From an uncultured Gammaproteobacteria bacterium (GTDB taxonomy: Bacteria > Patescibacteriota > Microgenomatia > Levybacterales > UBA12049): DNA of 64,000 nucleotides. This document shows positions 48,808 to 58,767 of the stretch, one piece after another. Position 1 is the first letter of the stretch, and each line of letters begins with the position of its first letter. The notes beneath the pieces were generated by a model. It was given only the letters and a program-made list of their open reading frames with translations, ran no database searches and was not told the DNA's origin. The DNA is taken from assembly GCA_964497535.1 (NCBI GenBank), contig CAZCCG010000001.1, forward strand, positions 66,688 to 130,687, given 5' to 3'. Both the position numbers and the translations under genes were made by a program.

Positions 48808-51800
48808 ATGCCAGACATAACAGCACCTGATCGACTGCCCCCCGCACCGGTCCATCAAGCAGATCGGAATATTGTTCGTGGCCCAAACCGACCCTTACCT
48901 CCCGCACCAATCCGTCAGGAAGATAGAGAAAGTGACCACAGAGAAGACCACCAAACAGTAACCAATAATCATGATAACGGCCAGCCACAAGATGAAAAAA
49001 TTCGAGTTAACATTATCAATACTCAAGAAGAAGCAAGTAAAGCAGGGAAAGAACGTGCTGAAGAGCGCAAGAATGAGATCCTCCGACATCCTCCCGGATG
49101 GAGTATTGTTAATTGGGCACGACGCATTGGTATGCGATGGATTGAAGGTGGTTGGGTCAGTATTCAAAAAGACCGATATATGGAAGTTATGCGCCGAAAT
49201 GGCTCAACACTTCTCACTACGGATATGGCACGGGGAGCAGCAGCTATTACCCAAGCCGAGAGAGCACAACATCAACAAAAACAAGAAGCTGTTATTGAAC
49301 GGTTTCAAAGCCGTAATGAAACAGATCTTGCAAACAGAGGAGAACTCAAACGTACACTTGATCGACCAGAAAACCAAGAAGTACGCAATTTGATTGTCAA
49401 TGAAATCCTCAGGCCTATTACAAATGGTACTGTTACCAATCCCGATCAAGTACAGGCACAGCTCGCCCAATTTGTTCTCAACCATATTGACAATCCTCTC
49501 GTCCGAGAATTCTTTGGTGCCGAAGCAAACATGTTTGGCGATCGTGCACAGTTCTTTGCAACTGATTTGTTCGAAACAGGTCAACGAGTCAAGATAAAGA
49601 TGGAGCAGGAGAATAAAAGCCTAGGCGATTTAGATCATCTTATTGAAGTCACCGTCGGACTTGCCAAAGGAGGAGCAATGACGGATACCCGTGGAAATAT
49701 AGACCAGTGGGTTGCAGCGGCAAAACGGCGACAAGCAAATATACTTGCAAGCGGAGCACAGGGACTAGGATTCCATGGAATTATTTCCAATCCTGCTGTT
49801 GTCGGTATTGCAGGAAGCTTGGCTGCGCAAGGGTTGCTACGAGGGGCAGGAGCAGCAGGACGAGCATTGGATCTTCCGTCCCTAGGTGTTGGCTCTTTAA
49901 TGGCAGGAGTAGCAGCTGGTGTCAGAGCTCGAAGCGAATTCCGCGCTGACCGGGCAATGAGTCAAGTACAACGTGTTGCATATGGACAAACGCCGGAAGC
50001 AAATGCGAGAAAACATCAGGAGTTGGCCAGATTTGATTACCAAACAGTACAAGCGGAAGAGCTCCTGCGAGGCGGAGGAACAGACTCTATTAGCGGTGTC
50101 CCCCGTAGAAGTTTTGATGACCTGTTGACAGCAGACTTAACCCTTGAAGCGAATAGAACCCAGGTCTTCAGCCGTATCGCAGAAATCGACAGCCGGATTG
50201 AGTACGGCAATATGAACAATGTAGATCTGATTTCCTATTCCGGTAAAGATGTTATGGAACGCCAACGAATGCAGATGGATCAGGAAATTGCACGAGCCCG
50301 AATTACTCTCAGACGAACAGGCCTGTCTAACACAGAAATTGATAGCGAAATTGACCGACTCAAAACTGAGGCAAACAGAAGACTCATACAAAATAGAGAA
50401 GCCCAAGATCAGCAATTCGAACAAGCACGGATGCGCTATGCCCTCAGACAAGGTGGTCAAGCAGCATTGTTTGGAGCTGTCTTTGGACTTGCATCCCAAG
50501 AAGGAGTTGCTCTTGCTTCTCGAGCTGCATCTCATATAGCAGATAATGTCCCAATTGCCGGGGGATTGAAAAATATTGGCCTCTTTCGACAAACCGGAAG
50601 TACTATTGCAGAAATTCCCTGGAACAAAGTTATGGAGGCAACCGGACATGATAACCTCAGAACTGATATTTCGATAGCCTCTTTGGGACTCAACCTCAAT
50701 AAAGTCCAGGAACTCTATCAGCATCCGGGAAATATGGATTTCCAAATGCCTGATGGGTCACACTATACCCTGGCAGTTGGAGATAGTTACCAGGCAAGTC
50801 TTCTCGACGCAGCAGGAAATCGTGTTCCCACCGGGCCGCTTGAAATCACTCAGGAAGGACATGTTATTTCCTGGGGACCAGTTCCTGACCAACTCAAATC
50901 AACGCTCAAAGATACGTTGGGCTGGACCATCAATGAAAATGTACCCAACCCCGATTATGATTTGGCAAAGGGAGTAACCCGCTGGATGGAAGCTGTCCAG
51001 AATGGCAATGCGGAACACATCACCGGTATCCATGGCAACATGATCTACGACTTGCAACCGGATGGACAGATGTCGGTAACCCTCAATCCGACAACTGACA
51101 ATGTGATGATCCATGGATTTGGCACCATGACCGATGGCAAAGGAATGATTGATGTTGATCCGACATTCAATGGCAATGCAGAGGCATTTGCCAATCATGG
51201 TGATCTGATCCGCAACGAATTGGGGGCAGCCGGATTTCAGGTAGATGTCGAAACTATTCCGGGGCATGATGAGACTGTTGATATTGCAGATTATCTGCGA
51301 GAGAAGGGCGAACTCTCCCCAACCATGAGAGAACTCTGGCATGATAACCAAACTCCCATGCGGTTTGTAAATGGCCGTTGGATCGGCGCAGACGGTAAAG
51401 AATTACAACTCTACCATCACGTCAAAGATGTAGGTCCAGTGACACCACAACAAGCACTAAGCCACATCAAAGAGCAGATCCCTCCCCAGATGCTTCGTAA
51501 CCCGCATGTGCAACAATTAATGCAGGAATTACAAAAACCAGGGACACTGCAAAGTCTTACTCCTGAGAAAGTACAACAACTGGTTGGACAACTTCCTCCC
51601 GAAATGCAAAAAACTCCTCAAGTACAAGCCGCAGTTGAGGAATTCAATAAAGTATTCCAGACCAAACAACGGGTCGTTGAAGTAGACTTTGCTAAAATGG
51701 TCAGCCAATTCCAACGAGGAGTGTGGCGCAATTGGGATTATTCTGTTGATAATCAATATAACCGTGTGGTCAATGACATTGTTGCGCAGCCGGATGGCAC

Positions 51801-53505
51801 ACGACTCTATAGAAATTTTGAAGTGATGATCACCCCCAATAAAGCCCTGGATTCAGCCAGACAAGCAGTGGTATTTAGCCTGGACAAACATCCAGAACTA
51901 CTTACAGGCAAACTCGACTTTGACGTCAATTCCGAAGAGGCAAAGATGTTCTTCCAACTTGATGAAAATGGGAATCCCATTGCCAATAGTTTTGGTCCGC
52001 AAAATTATCAAAAAGCTGCATTTATAGAAATTGCGCATATGCAACCAAATGGTTTGAGAACTATTCTCGCAACGTCACAGGGACCGGGCATTGATCAGTG
52101 GCATCACAAAACTCCCGATCATCAGATATTCCATGTCACTCCCCCTTCTTCAACAGAACTCATCCCGCCGGAAGCTCCCCTTCCCGGAGATACACCGTGG
52201 CTTGTCACTCCCGGCCGCACTCCGAGACATCCGTTGGAAAGAACAACCCCAGGGTTACCTCCTATAGAACCCCCAGTTAGAGAACGGTACCCGGGACTAC
52301 CAACATACGAAGGCAACTTTCCCCCTGGTAGTCGCATGAAGAATATTTTAAGAAGAAAAAACCAAGGAAGGATAGAACCGGGAAGAATTCAAGTAAATGA
52401 TAGTGAAGGTCAACGAGCACTCCAGGAAGCTAAAGACGCATTTGGACAAGCAGATAGTATTTATTTTGTTCTAGGAGGCGCTATTGGTGATTCTGTTATT
52501 GCCACCGCATATTTACGAGGAATCGAAGAAGCTCTCCGACAACAAGGCAGGAATACTCCAATAACAATTATTGCGAATCAAGATTATGGAAATCTATTTG
52601 ATGGCCTTGCCAGAGGAAATGTTAGTATCATAAAAGCCCCCCGAGGAACGGGATTGTCCACTGCTGAAAGAAACATTGCAACCGCTGCATCATCATCTCC
52701 CTTAATTATTGATTTTGAACATTATAGAGACGAAAATCCAGCTATTACAAAAGACCTACTTACAGGGACAACAACGATAAGCAATTTACTTGGCCCTTCT
52801 ATTGAACTCTATAATAATAATACCGATAGGGAAAGAAGATATAGCCATGTTATCGAAGATCTATTTTCTTTAAACAAAGATTCCATTCCACCTCAGGAAG
52901 CACGGCCATCTATTCCGCCGCCTGCAAATAAGGATAGGCTCTACCAAGCTGTTGCTCAACGATGTGGAATCGATATGAATAACCAAAACCAAATTGGAAT
53001 TGTCGTTGAAGGATCACGAGCAGGCAAACGATATAGTTTGGACAACTGGACACAAGTTATTTCTGAAATATCTGCACAAAAGCCTGGATATCAGTTCAAT
53101 ATACTTTATAACGCAAATAATCCACAATCAGGCTATGGGAGAGTAGATATTGAACGGGCTATTGCGCGTGCCGGGCTTACGAATGTGCACATAATTGAAG
53201 CTAACCTAGAAGAATCGGTTTCTCTTATGGATAAACAAAAATTAGTATTGTCTAATGATACCGGCTTTGCCCACGTTGCAGCGTCGATTGAAAATGGACC
53301 AAAAGCAGTGACAATCTTTACTCCGAAGAATTTTCCACCAGTCTTCTGGGTATCGAGTGATAGACAAATCCCTGTTATGATATCCTCCACTCAGGAAGCT
53401 AGACTCCCGGATGTAGACATCAATGTAGATGATGAGAGACAAAAACTCATTAATAAAATCCCTCCACGACAAGTAGCACAAGCAGCTATTACTCAGCTCC
53501 CTTAA
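48808..53505 (+). CDS. Giant protein (1565 aa): N-terminal region paralogous to the 42867 protein, C-terminal GT9 (heptosyltransferase-like) glycosyltransferase-fold domain.
   Basis: GT9-like blocks near 52.4-53.4 kb: YFVLGGAIGDSVIATAYLRGI, GKRYSLDNWTQVI, LVLSNDTGFAHVAASIENGPKAVTIFTP. N-terminal blocks (NPDQVQ, LFETG, Gly-rich segments) align with the 42867 protein. Confidence 0.6.
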   Translation: MPDITAPDRLPPAPVHQADRNIVRGPNRPLPPAPIRQEDRESDHREDHQTVTNNHDNGQPQDEKIRVNIINTQEEASKAGKERAEERKNEILRHPPGWSIVNWARRIGMRWIEGGWVSIQKDRYMEVMRRNGSTLLTTDMARGAAAITQAERAQHQQKQEAVIERFQSRNETDLANRGELKRTLDRPENQEVRNLIVNEILRPITNGTVTNPDQVQAQLAQFVLNHIDNPLVREFFGAEANMFGDRAQFFATDLFETGQRVKIKMEQENKSLGDLDHLIEVTVGLAKGGAMTDTRGNIDQWVAAAKRRQANILASGAQGLGFHGIISNPAVVGIAGSLAAQGLLRGAGAAGRALDLPSLGVGSLMAGVAAGVRARSEFRADRAMSQVQRVAYGQTPEANARKHQELARFDYQTVQAEELLRGGGTDSISGVPRRSFDDLLTADLTLEANRTQVFSRIAEIDSRIEYGNMNNVDLISYSGKDVMERQRMQMDQEIARARITLRRTGLSNTEIDSEIDRLKTEANRRLIQNREAQDQQFEQARMRYALRQGGQAALFGAVFGLASQEGVALASRAASHIADNVPIAGGLKNIGLFRQTGSTIAEIPWNKVMEATGHDNLRTDISIASLGLNLNKVQELYQHPGNMDFQMPDGSHYTLAVGDSYQASLLDAAGNRVPTGPLEITQEGHVISWGPVPDQLKSTLKDTLGWTINENVPNPDYDLAKGVTRWMEAVQNGNAEHITGIHGNMIYDLQPDGQMSVTLNPTTDNVMIHGFGTMTDGKGMIDVDPTFNGNAEAFANHGDLIRNELGAAGFQVDVETIPGHDETVDIADYLREKGELSPTMRELWHDNQTPMRFVNGRWIGADGKELQLYHHVKDVGPVTPQQALSHIKEQIPPQMLRNPHVQQLMQELQKPGTLQSLTPEKVQQLVGQLPPEMQKTPQVQAAVEEFNKVFQTKQRVVEVDFAKMVSQFQRGVWRNWDYSVDNQYNRVVNDIVAQPDGTRLYRNFEVMITPNKALDSARQAVVFSLDKHPELLTGKLDFDVNSEEAKMFFQLDENGNPIANSFGPQNYQKAAFIEIAHMQPNGLRTILATSQGPGIDQWHHKTPDHQIFHVTPPSSTELIPPEAPLPGDTPWLVTPGRTPRHPLERTTPGLPPIEPPVRERYPGLPTYEGNFPPGSRMKNILRRKNQGRIEPGRIQVNDSEGQRALQEAKDAFGQADSIYFVLGGAIGDSVIATAYLRGIEEALRQQGRNTPITIIANQDYGNLFDGLARGNVSIIKAPRGTGLSTAERNIATAASSSPLIIDFEHYRDENPAITKDLLTGTTTISNLLGPSIELYNNNTDRERRYSHVIEDLFSLNKDSIPPQEARPSIPPPANKDRLYQAVAQRCGIDMNNQNQIGIVVEGSRAGKRYSLDNWTQVISEISAQKPGYQFNILYNANNPQSGYGRVDIERAIARAGLTNVHIIEANLEESVSLMDKQKLVLSNDTGFAHVAASIENGPKAVTIFTPKNFPPVFWVSSDRQIPVMISSTQEARLPDVDINVDDERQKLINKIPPRQVAQAAITQLP

Positions 53506-53561
53506 CCCCATCCTATAAGTTCTTACAAACATTTTGTTAGGCATTTGTTATCCTATAGTGC

Positions 53562-53590
53562 TTGACTTTGAGGCTATTTCATGGTATACT
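53562..53590 (+). promoter_or_regulatory. Consensus sigma70-type promoter (TTGACT, 17-nt spacer, TATACT) driving the GC-rich cassette gene.
   Basis: TTGACT at 53562-53567, exact 17-nt spacer, TATACT at 53585-53590. About 105-nt GC-rich leader with AAGGAG at 53685-53690. Confidence 0.55.
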
Positions 53591-53699
53591 ACCCCTGCAT
53601 TCTGGACAAGTAGAGGCAAATCTCAAGTGCCGAACGCTTGTCCCCAGTGCGCACGCACGTTTCAGCAGAGGGGGACAACCCCAGAAGGAGCAGACTCAA

Positions 53700-54140
53700 A
53701 TGCCTCAGCAGCACGGCAGGCAACGCGGCATTCGCGAGCGCGTCGGAGAGGTCCTATTGGGGCCCGAAGGCACCCGCCGCAACCAGCCCCATGCGCAGGC
53801 GGCAGAGCCTCTGACCCAGCAAGCCCAGACGGCCACGCCCGTGGGGCCACGCTTCGACGGGCACACGCTCATCGGGGCGACCCTGCTCAAGCTCGGCCGC
53901 GGCAGCGGCCACGACGGCTACCTCCTCCGCCTCTTGGCGGACGGCAAGGCCGCCGAGGCTCCCGAGTGGGAGCCGAATAACGCCTGGGAGGCCAGCTGGA
54001 AACTCGACGAGCAGGGCAACCTGCACGTCACGGCCAACGGGGTCACCACCTCGGTCTCGCCCAAGCGCGCGGGCATCCCGCGCCGGTACGAGGCCAGACA
54101 GGACGAGACGCCTTACAGCGTCTACATCCTGAGCGACTAG
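53700..54140 (+). CDS. Hypothetical protein encoded by a compositionally foreign gene (65-75% GC, GC3-rich codons).
   Basis: ATG at 53700 preceded 9 nt upstream by AAGGAG; 147 codons; stop at 54138. The supplied ORF starts further upstream, but the upstream codons overlap the promoter. Confidence 0.5.
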   Translation: MPQQHGRQRGIRERVGEVLLGPEGTRRNQPHAQAAEPLTQQAQTATPVGPRFDGHTLIGATLLKLGRGSGHDGYLLRLLADGKAAEAPEWEPNNAWEASWKLDEQGNLHVTANGVTTSVSPKRAGIPRRYEARQDETPYSVYILSD

Positions 54141-54158
54141 TTCAGGAACGTGCCCCAT

Positions 54159-54200
54159 GGGGCGGCTCGCGCAGCATTGCGCAGCCGCCCCTTTTTCTTT
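54159..54200 (+). terminator. Strong intrinsic terminator of the GC-rich cassette gene.
   Basis: ggggcggctcgcgcagcattgcgcagccgcccc hairpin followed by tttttcttt. Confidence 0.7.
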
Positions 54201-54400
54201 GTTATAGGACTTTTCACAGAAAACCCCTTTTTTATACCCCTTTGACCTACTTTGATAACCTTGCAATAGGATTTTTCACGTTATACACTAATTGAGACTC
54301 TTCTATAGGGTTTATATTCTATGGTGGGGTCTCAACTGTCCATCTTCAACGCATCTGTTTGAAACTGGATATTTGAAACAAGTATTCATTTCTATTTATT

Positions 54401-55735
54401 ATGGAGCAACATCCTATCCCTCAAGACGTTACCGGATTTCAATTCCGCCTCATTGGAGACATGACAATCAAGCAATTTGCCTATGTCGCAGCCGGTGTTA
54501 TCTTGGCGTATCTGTGCTTTAATCTTCCTCTTTCACCGCTCATAAAAATACCCTTGGCTCTTTTGATTGGAGGCTTTGGTGCGGCGTTGGCATTTGTTCC
54601 CATTGAAGGACGACCATTGGATGTTATGGTAACTCATTTTGTCAAAGCGTTATTCACCCCCACTCAGTATACCTATCAAAAAGTAGGAGGCAAACTCTCA
54701 ATGACCTCGGTACATATGGTTACGCCCCAAAAGACAATGGTTGCAGTCCACACTGCTCCCGAATGGAAACAACAAAGATCTGATGATTCCCGAAAAAAGT
54801 TGCAGATGTATTTACAACAACTTCCCCATGCAACCCAAAATAAGCTTGATCAAAAAGAGCAAGTATTCTTTGAGTCGATGGCTCATGGATTTACTCAGCT
54901 CCCTTCTGTCCCCCAGCCAGCAATGCCGCAGCAACCGTCTGAGGGAAAACAGCAAGGATCTGGCACGTATTTTGTATCGGTCACAGGAGATCAACCGCAA
55001 GAGCAACCTCAACCACAGGCGCAACCGCCGGTTCCCGCGCCTGTTCCAACTCCCCCTCAACAGGCAGATGACACAAAAAATGAACAGGCACTTATTGCAC
55101 AAGAACAGGCAATTCAACAGGCATTAGCCGAAGCCAAAAAACAGGAGGAATTACAAGTAGAAGCACACCAAGAGACTGCTCAAACCCATGAGAAAGTGAA
55201 TGAACTTGAGGGACAACTCAATGAAGTTATGGTACAAAAACAAAAATTGGAAGAGCAACTATTGAGACTGCAAAAAAAACTTGATACTACCCATCCCCAG
55301 GTCTTTACGCCAAGCACTGCAACGGTGCAGCCCCAAGAACAACCTGCTCAAACGCAAAATGTACGCAGAATTCCCCGTGGTATGGAGACAAAAGTAGGAA
55401 CTCCTATGACTCCTGATGTGCCAAATATTATTCTGGGGATCATTAAGGATCCCCGAGGCAATGTGCTTCCTGGTATTTTGGTGGAAGTGAAAGATGCCGA
55501 GGGAAATCCGGTTCGGGCATTTAAAACCAACCAGCTGGGACAATTCGCATCTGCTACCCCGCTTCTCAATGGTACCTATACCATTGAATTTGAAGACTCT
55601 ACAGAAAAGAATACATTTGCTACAATTCAATTAGAGGCAATCGGAGCAATCATGGAACCGATTGAAGTAATATCCAATGACAAACGGGAAGATTTGAGAA
55701 AATCACTGTTTGGAAAACCAGGAGAAAAAGTTTAA
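54401..55735 (+). CDS. T4SS-associated membrane protein: VirB3/PrgI-like N-terminus, Gln/Pro-rich coiled-coil, C-terminal carboxypeptidase-regulatory-like beta-sandwich.
   Basis: N-terminal hairpin TM pair (AYVAAGVILAYLCF, LALLIGGFGAALAFV) as in VirB3/PrgI. C-terminal IILGIIKDPRGNVLPGILVEVKD...GTYTIEFE resembles the CarbopepD_reg fold. Confidence 0.45.
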   Translation: MEQHPIPQDVTGFQFRLIGDMTIKQFAYVAAGVILAYLCFNLPLSPLIKIPLALLIGGFGAALAFVPIEGRPLDVMVTHFVKALFTPTQYTYQKVGGKLSMTSVHMVTPQKTMVAVHTAPEWKQQRSDDSRKKLQMYLQQLPHATQNKLDQKEQVFFESMAHGFTQLPSVPQPAMPQQPSEGKQQGSGTYFVSVTGDQPQEQPQPQAQPPVPAPVPTPPQQADDTKNEQALIAQEQAIQQALAEAKKQEELQVEAHQETAQTHEKVNELEGQLNEVMVQKQKLEEQLLRLQKKLDTTHPQVFTPSTATVQPQEQPAQTQNVRRIPRGMETKVGTPMTPDVPNIILGIIKDPRGNVLPGILVEVKDAEGNPVRAFKTNQLGQFASATPLLNGTYTIEFEDSTEKNTFATIQLEAIGAIMEPIEVISNDKREDLRKSLFGKPGEKV

Positions 55736-55764
55736 AGATTAAAGTGTAAAACTTTTCATTACAT

Positions 55765-56433
55765 ATGGCCAATACTGCCCAGAAAGTCAAATCATCAACT
55801 CAAAAGTTTACTGAAATCATCGGCATTGATGAGGAAATTGTATTGATGGAAGGAGGCAATGCCTGCCTGATTATTGAAATTACCGCATCAAATTTTGCCC
55901 TTCTTTCCCAAGCAGAACAGCAGGCAAAAATCTTTTCCTACGCGTCACTTCTCAATTCCCTGTCATTCCCTATCCAAATCGTCGTTAAGAACAAACAGGT
56001 CGATATCACTTCATATCTCAAGCTTTTGGATTCCCAAGCGCAGAGCACAAAAAATGAAATGCTTTCCTTGCATATCCAACTGTATCGTGATTTTGTACAG
56101 GATTTGGTGAAAGTAAATACCGTGTTGGACAAAAAGTTTTATGTTGTTATCCCCTATTCCTATTTGGAAAAAGGGGTTACGGGAGCAGCCACAACCTCAA
56201 CCAAAAAAGGGGTTGTCCAAAAAACATTTGTTGACGATGCCAGAAAAAACCTCAAACTCAAAGCCGATGCAATTCAGGCGCAACTTGCCAGATTGGGACT
56301 TCCGGCAACAACCCTTGGGAAAGAAGAATTAATCAAACTCTTCTATGGCATTTTCAACCAGGATTTGACAGAAACTTCCCAAATCTCAGATGATATTAAA
56401 GCACCGGTTATTAAAGCAGCACAAAAAACATAA
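55765..56433 (+). CDS. VirB4 N-terminal-domain-like protein (separate ORF, stop 1 nt before the VirB4 start).
   Basis: EIIGIDEEIVLMEGGNACLIIEITASNFALLSQAEQQAKIFSYASLLNSLSFPIQIVVKN resembles the N-terminal block of Gram-positive conjugative VirB4 homologs (recalled from memory). Confidence 0.4.
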   Translation: MANTAQKVKSSTQKFTEIIGIDEEIVLMEGGNACLIIEITASNFALLSQAEQQAKIFSYASLLNSLSFPIQIVVKNKQVDITSYLKLLDSQAQSTKNEMLSLHIQLYRDFVQDLVKVNTVLDKKFYVVIPYSYLEKGVTGAATTSTKKGVVQKTFVDDARKNLKLKADAIQAQLARLGLPATTLGKEELIKLFYGIFNQDLTETSQISDDIKAPVIKAAQKT

Positions 56434-56434
56434 T

Positions 56435-58657
56435 ATGAAATTATCATTTGGTAAAAAGGCACAACAACCAACACCAGCACCGGTTACACCTGCAGGAGGA
56501 AAACCACAGCAACCTAAGGCTGCTGCTCCGGTAAAAAAGGTCACTCCCCCCACGGGATATGTCTCTCTGGAACATTTAGAAAAAGGGATGATTTCCCTGG
56601 CAGATCTATTGGCCCCTTCTTCTGTTGAGGTTGATTTTCGCTATATCCGAGTCGGAGATAAATATTACCGGACATTTTTTGTCGTTGGGTATCCCCGCTA
56701 TGTATCGGCCAACTGGTTACAACCACTGATTGATTTTGACCATACCCTGGATATTTCCATGTTTATTTACCCTACTTCTTCAGCTGATGTACTCTCGGAT
56801 TTACGACGAAAAATTGCGGAAATGGAAGCAACTATTTCATCTGAATCTGAGCAGGGAAAAGTTGTAGATCCCAAAGTTACGGCAGCATTGCAAGATGCTC
56901 TCTCTCTTCAGGAAGAACTGGCAAAAGGAGTAGAACGATTTTTTCAATTCAGCCTGTATGTTACTGTCTCTGCAGAGGATATTACCAAACTTGATGAAGC
57001 TTCAAAGGTACTCCAAACAACACTCGCCTCAATCCTTCTGTTGGCAAAGACAGCAACACTTCAGATGGAGGAAGGCTTTAAGACAACGCTTCCTATTGGC
57101 CAGGACCGGCTCTTTTTGACACGTAACATGGATACCACGTCCCTTGCTTCAACCTTTCCCTTTACGTCTGCCACATTAACCCAAGACAAAGGAGTCATGT
57201 ATGGAATTAACGAACAAAATGGCTCGCTCATCATTTTTGACCGGTTTTCTCTTGAAAATGCCAATGAAGTAGTGTTGGGTAAATCCGGTGCGGGAAAATC
57301 ATTTCTCATCAAGCTTGAGATTATGCGGCAGTTTATGTTTGGCACCGATGTTATTGTCGTTGATCCTGAAGGGGAATATGGCAAACTGGCTGCCACCCTA
57401 GGAGGGGAAGAAGTCGCTTTCACCCCCTCCTCTCCTGTCAAGATTAACCCATTTGATCTTTCAGGACTCTATGAAGAAGGTGAAAATGAATTGGGGCTCA
57501 AAATTCTGTCATTACATGCATTACTTCGTATCGTTTTGGGCAACCTGGATGCCTCTCAAGATGCTATTTTGGATCGCGCCCTGGTTGAGACATACAAGCA
57601 ACGCGGTATTACCGCAGACCCAACAACCCAGAAAAGTGAACCTCCCCTTATGGAAGATTTATATAAAACCCTTTTGGGAACCGAGAATCCAACGGCAAAA
57701 GAACTCGCGCTGCGGCTGGAGAAATTTATTAAAGGCAGCTTGAGCGGTATTTTCAACCAACAATCCAACTTTAATCTGAGTAACCCTCTCACTATATTCT
57801 CGATCAAAGCTCTGGAAGATGAGCTGCGTCCGATTGCCATGCATATTATTCTGGATTTTGTCTGGACCAAAGTACGCAAGACCCTGAAAAAACGGCTTCT
57901 GATCCTGGATGAGGCGTGGTATATGATGAAATATGAAGACTCTGCCAGCTTTGTCTATGGCATTGCAAAACGGGCACGCAAATATTACCTGGGACTCACC
58001 ACTGCCACGCAAGATGTAGAAGATTTCCTTTCAACCGATTACGGCAAAGCGGTTCTGTCAAATTCCTCAATTCAAATGCTTCTGAAGCAAGGGACAACTG
58101 AGGTTGATATGATTTCCAAAACATTTTATCTTTCAGAGGGAGAGAAAGAACTCCTCTTAACAGCAGATGTGGGAGAAGGACTCTTTTTTGCAGGAAGAAA
58201 CCATGTACCCATCAAAGTTGTTGCAGCACCCTTTGAAAATACTATTATTACGTCAAATCCGGAAGAAGTCATGAAGAACCTGGCGCAACAACAAGCAGTC
58301 CCGCAAGGGCTGACAAATATGATGGCGGCACCGCAAGAACCGGCAGCACCCGCAGACCCCAGTTTGCCTCCAGTCTTCCATCCAAATGCAGTTGCCAATG
58401 CCGTTTCTAATCGTCCGACACCGGCTGCTCCCGCAAAACCTGATCCGCTTGATCCATTTGAAAAAGTCTCACCGGTCAAAATAGAGACTCCTGCTGCGCC
58501 TGTTGCTCCGACGACAACACAATCTCCTATTCCCCCAACTCAACCTTCTATACCACCAGCTGCTGCTCCAGTCATAACCCAAACGCCAACAGCTCCTCCA
58601 TCCCAAATACCTACACCTGGGGTACAATCTCCTGCGCCAACCCCTCCCCGACCATAG
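56435..58657 (+). CDS. virB4: VirB4/TrbE/CagE-family type IV secretion ATPase.
   Basis: Walker A VVLGKSGAGKSF, Walker B LLILDEAWYM, and N-terminal VirB4 block FRYIRVGDKYYRTFFVVGYPRYV. Low-complexity Pro/Ala-rich N- and C-terminal tails. Confidence 0.8.
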   Translation: MKLSFGKKAQQPTPAPVTPAGGKPQQPKAAAPVKKVTPPTGYVSLEHLEKGMISLADLLAPSSVEVDFRYIRVGDKYYRTFFVVGYPRYVSANWLQPLIDFDHTLDISMFIYPTSSADVLSDLRRKIAEMEATISSESEQGKVVDPKVTAALQDALSLQEELAKGVERFFQFSLYVTVSAEDITKLDEASKVLQTTLASILLLAKTATLQMEEGFKTTLPIGQDRLFLTRNMDTTSLASTFPFTSATLTQDKGVMYGINEQNGSLIIFDRFSLENANEVVLGKSGAGKSFLIKLEIMRQFMFGTDVIVVDPEGEYGKLAATLGGEEVAFTPSSPVKINPFDLSGLYEEGENELGLKILSLHALLRIVLGNLDASQDAILDRALVETYKQRGITADPTTQKSEPPLMEDLYKTLLGTENPTAKELALRLEKFIKGSLSGIFNQQSNFNLSNPLTIFSIKALEDELRPIAMHIILDFVWTKVRKTLKKRLLILDEAWYMMKYEDSASFVYGIAKRARKYYLGLTTATQDVEDFLSTDYGKAVLSNSSIQMLLKQGTTEVDMISKTFYLSEGEKELLLTADVGEGLFFAGRNHVPIKVVAAPFENTIITSNPEEVMKNLAQQQAVPQGLTNMMAAPQEPAAPADPSLPPVFHPNAVANAVSNRPTPAAPAKPDPLDPFEKVSPVKIETPAAPVAPTTTQSPIPPTQPSIPPAAAPVITQTPTAPPSQIPTPGVQSPAPTPPRP

Positions 58658-58767
58658 AGTATATAGTATTTAATTTGGGGACATTGAAAATCATATATTG
58701 GAAATTTGAAATCCGCCTGCCTGTGCTATGATTAAGGTATACTGCGACTCTGTCGTTTGTTCTGCCT

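Noticed and set aside
55765-56433. Frameshifted or pseudogenised VirB4, from the overlap between the 55765 ORF and the supplied VirB4 ORF start at 56390.
   Set aside because: An in-frame ATG at 56435, 1 nt after the upstream stop, gives a complete VirB4 with its own N-terminal block. The overlap is an artefact of longest-ORF calling.
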